Positions 30,288 through 37,579 of a stretch of 64,000 bases of DNA are shown here, piece by piece; within the stretch, counting starts at the first letter, position 1; the number at the start of each line of letters is the position of its first letter. The DNA is from Planctomycetota bacterium. GTDB lineage: Bacteria; Planctomycetota; UBA1135; GCA-002686595. The notes under the pieces are model-generated. The model had not been told where the DNA came from and made no database searches. It saw nothing but the letters and a program-made list of their open reading frames with translations. The stretch spans positions 1 through 64,000 of the forward strand of contig JAEUHZ010000045.1 of assembly GCA_016795205.1 (NCBI GenBank), given 5' to 3'. The position numbers were made by a program, and so were the translations under genes.

Positions 30288-30955
30288 CCCACCCGCGCCG
30301 CTTCCGCGCCCTGATCCTGGGCGTCCTGCTTCCCCTCGTGGCTGCCGGCTGCAGCGGCCTGCGGACGCTGTCGGATCCCACGCTGGTCGTCGAGACGAAC
30401 GGCGGCCGCGAGTTGGGCGTCGCGACGGATTGGGGGGTCGTGTTCCTGGGCCGCACCGCGCGCTCGGGCCCGGCGCGGGTCACGGCCTGGTTCGGTGACG
30501 GTCCCAGCCTGGAGAGGACGGTCATCGAGCCGATCGGCCCCGAGCTGTGCACCGTCGAGGCGCCCATCCGCCTGCCCGACGTGCCGATCGACTTTCGCGA
30601 CCCGCGGCCGGGCGAGACGCTGCTCGTGTTCGGGCGCGACGCGCGCGGCCCTTGGTCGGAGAGCGTGACCGTCGTCGAGGACCCGCGCGTCCTGGGGCTC
30701 TTGACCACGCTCCCGGCGCGGCTCGCGCAGGGGGCCGACCAGGTCGGCGCGGGCGTCTACTCGATCCCGGTCGGGGGCGACACCCGCACGAAGCGGCTCG
30801 TGGGCTTGGCGGCGGGCACGATCCGCCTGCGCACCACTGCCGGCGAGCGCGAGTACCTGGCGGTGGTCGGTCCTCAAGAGCTGTGGCGGCTCGTCACCGC
30901 CCGCCGCGACGCAGGCGCTCGCCGGCCCTGGATCTACCGCGACGACGTGCTCTGA
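30284..30955 (+). CDS. Hypothetical lipoprotein
   Basis: 223 aa. Lipobox LPLVAAGCSG. ATG overlaps the upstream stop (ATGA). No known domain. Confidence 0.55.
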   Translation: MTHPRRFRALILGVLLPLVAAGCSGLRTLSDPTLVVETNGGRELGVATDWGVVFLGRTARSGPARVTAWFGDGPSLERTVIEPIGPELCTVEAPIRLPDVPIDFRDPRPGETLLVFGRDARGPWSESVTVVEDPRVLGLLTTLPARLAQGADQVGAGVYSIPVGGDTRTKRLVGLAAGTIRLRTTAGEREYLAVVGPQELWRLVTARRDAGARRPWIYRDDVL

Positions 30956-31674
30956 GGGCGCGGGCCGCTGGGCGGCGTCCACGCCGGCCAGGGCCCCTGC
31001 GGGCTGCGCTGCGCGTCGCCCCCGTCGCGCGTCCCGAGCACGCCGCGGGTCAGCGCGACGTAGACCGGCTTCCCGACGCGCCTCCAGGCTCGCGCCAGGG
31101 GCGAGCGACGGATCCCGGCCCCCGCGCCGACGAGCTCGACCCCGCCAGGGCCGCGGCCGTGGCGCGTGTAGCGTCGCCGGTGCTTCTCGACGTGGCGCAG
31201 GTCCTCGCGCGCGCGGACCTCGAAGGCCCGCCCGCCACGCGGGTGGCGGCTCGCGAGCTGGAAGTCGATGAGCCACGGGTAGCCGTCCGCGCCGACGAGC
31301 ACGTTCGATTCCTTGTGCAGGTCGTTGTGGCACACGCCGCGCGCGTGCACGGCCTGCACCAACGTGTCGAGGTGGTCGAAGAAGTCCGCGGGCAGCTCGC
31401 CGGCGCGCGAGAGCGGCACGCCGCTCACCCAGTCGCGCAGGAGCACGTCGAGCGCCTCGTCACCAGCCGCGCGGGAGAGCAGGCGTGGCACGCCTGCCAA
31501 CCCCGCGAGTGCGCGCAGGGCCCGGCGCTCGCGCGCCAGCAGGCGCCGCGCGAGCCAGCCGCTCCCGGGCAGGCGGTTCCCGGACGCCACGCGCCGGGCG
31601 CAGGCGGACCCATCGATCTCGACCCGCTCGACGCGGCCGAGGGCGTCCTGCTTGTGGATCTCGGGCGCTTGCAC
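30934..31674 (-). CDS. Atypical protein-kinase-like protein (RIO/Kdo-kinase-like fold). Putative GTG start.
   Basis: Catalytic-loop-like VCHNDLHKESNVLV and DFG-like WLIDFQLA. Only ~246 aa. Start uncertain. Confidence 0.45.
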   Translation of the reverse strand: MQAPEIHKQDALGRVERVEIDGSACARRVASGNRLPGSGWLARRLLARERRALRALAGLAGVPRLLSRAAGDEALDVLLRDWVSGVPLSRAGELPADFFDHLDTLVQAVHARGVCHNDLHKESNVLVGADGYPWLIDFQLASRHPRGGRAFEVRAREDLRHVEKHRRRYTRHGRGPGGVELVGAGAGIRRSPLARAWRRVGKPVYVALTRGVLGTRDGGDAQRSPQGPWPAWTPPSGPRPQSTSSR

Positions 31675-31717
31675 GGCGCGCTGATTGTGCGCACGCTCGC
31701 GTGCAGGTCCAAGCCGC

Positions 31718-32650
31718 GTGCCCCCCCACCCGAGCGAACCCACGATCGTGGCCCGCGGCCTGGCACGTGCCTTCGGCGCGCGGACCGCCTTGCACCCCAC
31801 CGACCTGGCGCTCGGGCCGGGCGGGGTCATCGGGCTGCTCGGTCCCAACGGCAGCGGCAAGAGCACGCTGCTCAGGATGCTCGTGGGGCTGGTGCGGCCC
31901 GACGCCGGCAGCGCGGTCGTGGCGGGCGTGCCGCTCGCGGGCGACGGCACCGCGATCCGCCGGCGGGCGACGTACGCGCCCGGCGAGTTGGCGCTCTACG
32001 GCGAGCTCAGCGGGCGCGACCACCTGGGATGGCTGCTGCGCGGTCGCGAGCGCGCCGCGCGCTCGCGTGCGATCGCGCTGGCGGAGACCCTCGGCTTGCC
32101 GCTGTCCGCCCGCGTGCGCAGCTACAGCCACGGGATGAAGCGCCAGCTCCTGTTCTCGGCCGCGCTCGCGCCCGCCGTCCCCGTGCGCATCCTGGACGAG
32201 CCCACCGAAGGGCTGGACCCGACCAAGCGCGGGGAGGTCCTCGACCTGGTCGCCGACGACGCGCGGGCCGGCCGCACGATCCTGCTCTCCTCGCACCACC
32301 TGGGCGAGGTCGACCGCGCCTGCGACCGGCTGGTGTTCCTGGCGGCGGGCCGCAAGATCGCGGACGAGACGGCGGCCAGCGTGGCGCGGCGCGCGCGACG
32401 CCTCGTGCGCGTCGCGTACGCGACCGAGGCCGACCTGCTGCTCGCCGAGCGCGAGGTCGGGCGCCTTGCGGGCGCCAGCCCGAGACGCGAGGCCGGTCGG
32501 CTCTCCGTCCTGCTCGAGGACGACGATCCCCGCGCCTTCCTCGCTGCGCTCTCCGACCTGCGCGTGCTGCCCGCACCCCAGAGCGTCGAGTACGGCCAGA
32601 TCTCGCTCCAGGAGCTGTACCGCGAGCTCTACGGCGTGGAGGGCTGCTGA
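31718..32650 (+). CDS. ABC transporter ATP-binding protein (GTG start, ATG at 31685 also possible)
   Basis: Walker A GPNGSGKST, Q-loop, signature SHGMKRQLLFSAAL, Walker B ILDEPTEGLD, H-loop SSHHL. Confidence 0.85.
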   Translation: MPPHPSEPTIVARGLARAFGARTALHPTDLALGPGGVIGLLGPNGSGKSTLLRMLVGLVRPDAGSAVVAGVPLAGDGTAIRRRATYAPGELALYGELSGRDHLGWLLRGRERAARSRAIALAETLGLPLSARVRSYSHGMKRQLLFSAALAPAVPVRILDEPTEGLDPTKRGEVLDLVADDARAGRTILLSSHHLGEVDRACDRLVFLAAGRKIADETAASVARRARRLVRVAYATEADLLLAEREVGRLAGASPRREAGRLSVLLEDDDPRAFLAALSDLRVLPAPQSVEYGQISLQELYRELYGVEGC

Positions 32651-33411
32651 TGGGACGCGAAGCGCGCTTCTACGCGTTCGGCTCCCTGGCCTACTTCGTG
32701 GTCCTCGAGGCGCTGCTGATCGGGGCCGTGCTCTTCTGGCCGGACTTCGAGGACAACCTCGAGGCCCTGCGCGACATGGCGCCGCTCCAGGCGCTCAAGG
32801 GCATGCTCGACCAGATCGGGGCCGGGGGGGTCGCGGCCTACGTGAATGGGCAGCACTTCTTCAAGGGCTGCAACACGGTGGGCACGCTGGCCGCGGTGAT
32901 CTTCGCCATGAACGCGGTCGCCGGCGAGGCGCACCGCGGGACCCTGGAGTTGTGGCTCTCACGGCCGGTCTCACGCCGACGCCTGCTGCTCGAGCGCTGG
33001 GTGGGAGGCGCGCTGGCCGTCGTGGTGCCGGTGTTCGCGTCGACGTTGTCGATCCCCTGGCTCCTGGGCTTCGTCGAGGCCGAGATGCAGCTCGGCCCGC
33101 TGCTGCTTGGCGCGGCTCACCAGTCGCTCCTGCTGCTCGCGATCTACGCGGCGGCGTTCCTGTGGTCCTGCCTGACCGCGCGGCCGATCCTGATCGCCTT
33201 CGGCATGCTGCTCTTCACCGTGCTGCAGTTCAGCGTCTACCTGATCCAGGTCGCGACGCACTGGAGCCTGTTCCGCCTGACCGACATCGACGTGTTCGTG
33301 CGCATCGGCGCCACGCACGCGCTGGACGGGCGGATCTGCTGGCCGCTCGCCGGGGTGAGCGCGGCGCTCCTCGCCACGGCGCTCTTCGTGTTCGAGCGCC
33401 GAACGCCCTGA
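32650..33411 (+). CDS. ABC-2 type transporter permease
   Basis: 253 aa with 6 predicted TM segments. ATGA overlap with the ATPase gene. Confidence 0.65.
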   Translation: MGREARFYAFGSLAYFVVLEALLIGAVLFWPDFEDNLEALRDMAPLQALKGMLDQIGAGGVAAYVNGQHFFKGCNTVGTLAAVIFAMNAVAGEAHRGTLELWLSRPVSRRRLLLERWVGGALAVVVPVFASTLSIPWLLGFVEAEMQLGPLLLGAAHQSLLLLAIYAAAFLWSCLTARPILIAFGMLLFTVLQFSVYLIQVATHWSLFRLTDIDVFVRIGATHALDGRICWPLAGVSAALLATALFVFERRTP

Positions 33412-33457
33412 GGCGGTCGCGACGAGCGCGAGCGCGGGCCCGCCAGCCGCGCGCGAG

Positions 33458-33802
33458 CTACTGGACGGGCTGGCCGGTCAGCGCGTCGTGCCAGTGACCA
33501 CAAGTCGGCGACCAGACCCGACCCGGCGGTGCCTCGCCGGGCGGCTGCGGGATGTAGGTCGTCTTGACCGCCGGGGTCCCGCTGATCACGGGCACCGGCA
33601 GCGGGTTGGTCGTGCGCACCGGCGTCTTTGGGCGCTCGTCACGCGCGAACTCCAGCGCGACCGCGCCGCCGATGGCGGCCCCGCCGAGGAGCACGATCGC
33701 CGCGCCCCACAGCGGCGAGCGGCGCGGCGGAGCGGCGGGAACCGAGGGCTGCGAGCGTTCCTGCGGGCGTTGCGTACGGCGATCAGCGCGCGATTTCGAC
33801 AT
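33458..33802 (-). CDS. Hypothetical small membrane-anchored Pro-rich protein
   Basis: 114 aa. Single TM helix LWGAAIVLLGGAAIGGAVAL followed by a Pro-rich tail. Confidence 0.35.
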   Translation of the reverse strand: MSKSRADRRTQRPQERSQPSVPAAPPRRSPLWGAAIVLLGGAAIGGAVALEFARDERPKTPVRTTNPLPVPVISGTPAVKTTYIPQPPGEAPPGRVWSPTCGHWHDALTGQPVQ

Positions 33803-33842
33803 GCGTGCAGCCTACCCGACCCGACCCGATCCCGCGCGCCGG

Positions 33843-34535
33843 CTAGAGGCGCGCGCGAAACCAGGCCTTGAGCCCCCACCAGGCGCCGGCGCGGCGCCCG
33901 GCGCGGCCCAGAGTCCGCGCCAGGCCGGGCACGGCTGCGAACGCCGCGCGCGCCTCCGTCTGGCGACCCAGCGCGCGGAGCGCGAGCCCGCGGCGGTAGG
34001 CGCTCTCCGCGCTGGGCCCGTGACGCGTCTCGAAGGCCTCGGCCGCGGCCAGCGAACCCGCGGCCTCGCCCGCGGCGAGCCGCGCCTCGGCCAGGCGCAA
34101 CCGCGGGACACCGAACGCGTGGTCGGGGTCCGCGGCCAACGCGCGCTCGAGCGCCAGCGTGGCCGCCCGCGGATCGCCGACCGCGAGTCGCGCGGCACCC
34201 AAGCGATGGTGCCACTCGGCGCGCTCGGGCTCACCCTGCGCGGCGCGCTCCAGGTGCGGGATCGCCCGGCGCGCGCGTCCCGAAGCCAGCAGCAGGGCGC
34301 CGAGCTTGCCCTGGTTGTGCGGGGTGTCGACGGCGCCGAACTCGCGCTCCAGTCGGCGCAGGCGGCGGGTCTCGACCGCGCGCGAGGTCCACCAGCCGAC
34401 CACCGCGGACAGGATCGCCGCCGCCAGCAGGAAGTTCAGGAACGGGATTCCGAACAGCCAGCCGAGCCCGGGCACGTGGCGCAGCACGAAGATCAGCGCG
34501 AAGACGGCGAGCACGTAGCCGAGGAGCCGCAGCAC
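33843..34535 (-). CDS. TPR-repeat membrane protein (putative GTG start)
   Basis: N-terminal TM helices (LRLLGYVLAVFALIFVL, GIPFLNFLLAAAILSAVVGWW) then TPR-like repeats (AWHHRLGAARLAVGDPRAATLALERALAADPDH...AYRRGLALRALGRQTEARAAF). Confidence 0.55.
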   Translation of the reverse strand: MLRLLGYVLAVFALIFVLRHVPGLGWLFGIPFLNFLLAAAILSAVVGWWTSRAVETRRLRRLEREFGAVDTPHNQGKLGALLLASGRARRAIPHLERAAQGEPERAEWHHRLGAARLAVGDPRAATLALERALAADPDHAFGVPRLRLAEARLAAGEAAGSLAAAEAFETRHGPSAESAYRRGLALRALGRQTEARAAFAAVPGLARTLGRAGRRAGAWWGLKAWFRARL

Positions 34536-34649
34536 GGCGGGAGAGTATCCTGCCGGCCCGTGTCGAAGGCCACGACCGAGACCGCCGGCGCGATCCCCGC
34601 CGCGTCGGGCGCGAGCGGAGCGGCCGCCGGGCCGCTCGCGCGGCGTCTC

Positions 34650-35972
34650 GTGCGGCGCGAGCTCGCGCGCGCGGCGCTGGACCTCGCGCGCCTCCCGGGC
34701 CGCACGGGGAGCTACCTCCTGGAGCGCGACGCCGCGCGCGCCGAGCTGGCGCGCGCGCTGGCCAGCCACGCCGATCCAACGCCCGCGCCGACGTTCGAGC
34801 CTCCGCGCGGCCGGGCGCTCTCGCTGTTCGTCTCGTGCGCCGAGGCCAGCGGCGAGATCCACGCCGCGAACGCCGTGCGGGCTCTGCGCGAGCTGCTGGG
34901 CGCGCGCGGCGCGCCCGCCCCACGCCTGGCCGGCCTGGGCGGCGCGCGCCTGGAGTCCGCGGGCGTCGAGCTCGTCGCGGATGTCGTGCACGACGCGCGC
35001 ATGGGGTTCGGGGCCGTGCTCTCCGCCCTGCCGCGCTACCTGCGGGTGCTCGAGCACGCGGCGACCCGCCTGGAGCGCGAGCGGCCCGACGTGCTGCTCG
35101 CCGTGGACTCCCCGGCGCTGCACGTCCCGCTCGGACGCATCGCGCGCGCGCTGGGCGTCCCGGTCGTGCACTTCGTCGCGCCGCAGTACTGGGGCTGGGC
35201 GCCGTGGCGCGCCGCGCACTACGCGCAAGCGGTCGACCTGGCCCTCACGATCCTGCCGTTCGAGCCGGCCTGGTTCGCCGCGCGCGGCGTGCACGTGGCG
35301 CACGTCGGCCACCCGCTGCTCGACGAATTGGCCGGGGTCGAGCGCGGCGACCCCGAGCGCGGGACCGAGCTCGTCCTGCTGCCCGGCAGCCGCCCGGGCG
35401 TCGTGCGGCGCAATCTGCCCTGGATGCTGCGCGCCGTCGCGCCGCTGGCGCGCAGCGGTGCGATCCCGCGCGTGGTCGTGCCGGCCGCCCGGCCCGAGAC
35501 GACCGCGCTGGTGCGGGCGGAGGTCGCGCGCGCCGGCGCGGCGGACTTCGCGCGGGTCGCCCCGGGCGAGTTGCACGAGAGCCTGCGGCGTGCGCGCGCC
35601 GCGTTCAGCGTCTCGGGCACCGTGCTCCTCGACCTGCTCCACCACGAGCTGCCCACGGTCGTCGTCTACCGGCTCGGCTCGCGCTTCGCGGCCGAGGGCC
35701 AGGGGCACCTCCTGACCGCCCCTTGGTTCGCCTCCGTGAACCTGCTCGCGAACCGCGAGGTCCTGCCCGAGTTCTCGTTCGCGGGCGAGGGGCCGATCGA
35801 GCGCGTCCGCGCGGCGCTCCAGGCTCAGTGGTCGGACGCGCGCGTCCGGGCCCGCTGCCGGTCCGGACTGGTCGAGGCCCGCGCTCGACTCGGACCGGCC
35901 GGAGCCGTCGGACGCGCGGCGTCGCACGCGCTCGCGACCGCCTGCGCCCGCGCGCGCGGAGGCCGGGCGTGA
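34650..35972 (+). CDS. lpxB: Lipid-A-disaccharide synthase (GT19). Start uncertain: GTG at 34650 is the nearest canonical start.
   Basis: LFVSCAEASGEIHAANAVRAL aligns to E. coli LpxB [21 protein letters not shown]. Downstream HFVAPQYWGWAPWRA and LLPGSR motifs are conserved. No ATG/GTG/TTG between 34650 and the conserved N-terminal motif. Confidence 0.75.
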   Translation: MRRELARAALDLARLPGRTGSYLLERDAARAELARALASHADPTPAPTFEPPRGRALSLFVSCAEASGEIHAANAVRALRELLGARGAPAPRLAGLGGARLESAGVELVADVVHDARMGFGAVLSALPRYLRVLEHAATRLERERPDVLLAVDSPALHVPLGRIARALGVPVVHFVAPQYWGWAPWRAAHYAQAVDLALTILPFEPAWFAARGVHVAHVGHPLLDELAGVERGDPERGTELVLLPGSRPGVVRRNLPWMLRAVAPLARSGAIPRVVVPAARPETTALVRAEVARAGAADFARVAPGELHESLRRARAAFSVSGTVLLDLLHHELPTVVVYRLGSRFAAEGQGHLLTAPWFASVNLLANREVLPEFSFAGEGPIERVRAALQAQWSDARVRARCRSGLVEARARLGPAGAVGRAASHALATACARARGGRA

Positions 35973-36073
35973 GCCGAGCGGCGCCCGACGCGGCCGGCGC
36001 AGCGGGCTTCCCGCCCGATTTCCCGCCCGGCGCGCTGAAGGACTTCCCGGATCCGGAGTACCGGTCCGAACCC

Positions 36074-36670
36074 ATGGGTCTCGAAGCCACGCGGTTGATG
36101 TTGCAGGTCCAGCGTGGCGACGATCGCGCCTTCGACACCTTGGTCGAGGGGCTGCGCTCGCGCGCCTACCACGTGGCGCGCTCGATGGTCGGCTCGCCCG
36201 ACGACGCCCTGGAGCTCACGCAGGAGGCCTTCCTCAAGGTCTACAAGGCGCGCGCGACCTTTCGCGAGGGCGAGCGCTTCCTGCCCTGGTTCCATCGCAT
36301 CCTGCGCAACACCTGCTTCTCGTTCCTGCGCGGGACGAAGCGCGCGCGCTCCCTCTCCGCCCACGCCCCTGGAGCCGACGACGACGCTCCCGACTTCGAG
36401 ATCGAGGACGGGACCGACCATCCGGCGGAAGACCTGCTCCAGAACGAGCGCTCGCAGGCGTTCTGGACCGCGTTCAAGAGCCTCTCGGCGCGCGATCGGG
36501 AGATGCTCGCGCTGCGCCACTTCAAGGAGCTGTCGTACCTCGAGATCGCGAGCCACCTCGGGATCCCCGAGGGCACCGTGATGTCCCGCCTGTTCCACGC
36601 GCGCAAGCGCCTGCGCGAGAAGCTCTCGCCGGAGCTCTTCGAGGGATTCCTGGGGGAGATCGGGCGGTGA
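36074..36670 (+). CDS. ECF (sigma-70 family) RNA polymerase sigma factor
   Basis: Region 2 (DALELTQEAFLKVYKA...FLPWFHRILRNTCFSFLR) and region 4 HTH (LSYLEIASHLGIPEGTVMSRLFHARKRLRE). Confidence 0.85.
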   Translation: MGLEATRLMLQVQRGDDRAFDTLVEGLRSRAYHVARSMVGSPDDALELTQEAFLKVYKARATFREGERFLPWFHRILRNTCFSFLRGTKRARSLSAHAPGADDDAPDFEIEDGTDHPAEDLLQNERSQAFWTAFKSLSARDREMLALRHFKELSYLEIASHLGIPEGTVMSRLFHARKRLREKLSPELFEGFLGEIGR

Positions 36671-37125
36671 GCACGCCGGCGCGCCCCGCACCCGCGGCAC
36701 CCACCGCCGACGAGTTGCTGGCCATGGCGTACGCCGACGGTGAGCTCGCGCCCACCGCGCGCGCCGAGTTCGAGGCCCGTCTGGCGCGCGAGGCGCCGCT
36801 GCGCGTGCTGGTCGCCGAGCAGCAGCGAATCGCGGTCATCGCGCGCGAGGCCGCGCCGGCCGAGCCGCTCGAGCTGGCGGAGCTGCGCGTCGCGCGCGCC
36901 GCCTCGCAAGTCGGGCTGTGGCTCGCGGGCCTCGGTCTCCTGGTCCTGGCCCTGCTGTGGGTGTTGGCGTGGCTGGTCCTGGCCGGCGTCGAGGGCGCTC
37001 CGCGGCCGCCGCTGGTGGTCGCGGCCATCGCGGGCCCACTCGGTTTCGGACTGCTCGTCGCGCGCGCGCTGCTCGCGCGGCGCGCCACGCTCCACCTCGA
37101 CCCCTACCGGGACTTGCGCCGATGA
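36667..37125 (+). CDS. Putative anti-sigma factor (single-pass membrane protein)
   Basis: GTGA overlap with the sigma gene. N-terminal anti-sigma-like ELLAMAYADGELAP. TM segments LWLAGLGLLVLALLWVLAWLVLAG. Confidence 0.55.
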   Translation: MSTPARPAPAAPTADELLAMAYADGELAPTARAEFEARLAREAPLRVLVAEQQRIAVIAREAAPAEPLELAELRVARAASQVGLWLAGLGLLVLALLWVLAWLVLAGVEGAPRPPLVVAAIAGPLGFGLLVARALLARRATLHLDPYRDLRR

Positions 37126-37457
37126 TCGTGACGACCACCGACCTCGTGCCAGGCCGCGCGATCCGCGACGTGCTCGGGCTCGTGCGCGGCAACACCGTGC
37201 GCGCGGCCGACGCGCACAGCGACCTGTCGGCCTGGATGAAGAACCTCGTGGGCGGCGAGCTCGCCGAGTACACGAAGCTCCTGGCCGAGAGCCGCGAGCA
37301 GGCCTTGGACCGGATGCGGGAGCAGGCCCGCGCGCTGGGGGCCGACGCGATCGTGGGTGTGCGCATCGCCACGAGCGAGATCTGCTCCGGGGCGGCCGAG
37401 CTCCTGGCCTACGGCACCGCCGTGCGCTTGGAGCCGCTCCAGGACCGCCAGCCGTAG
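37122..37457 (+). CDS. YbjQ/UPF0145 (DUF74) family protein
   Basis: MIVTTTDLVPGRAIRDVLGLVRGNTVRA...ADAIVGVRIATSEICSGAAELLAYGTAVRL is the YbjQ fold signature. ATGA overlap with the anti-sigma gene. Confidence 0.7.
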   Translation: MIVTTTDLVPGRAIRDVLGLVRGNTVRAADAHSDLSAWMKNLVGGELAEYTKLLAESREQALDRMREQARALGADAIVGVRIATSEICSGAAELLAYGTAVRLEPLQDRQP

Positions 37458-37579
37458 AGCGCCGGCGCCGCAGCGCGCGCCAAGGGTTTCCCGCGCCAGG
37501 CCGCCGCGCCCCGGGGTGGCGCGAAGTCGGGGTTCGAGGAGGGTTTCCGCGACGCCTTGAGGCACTAGGATCCGGCGCC

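Noticed and set aside
33843-35927. 694-aa minus-strand ORF antisense to lpxB
   Set aside because: Only the lower 230 codons (TM plus TPR protein) are coding. The rest is antisense to conserved LpxB.
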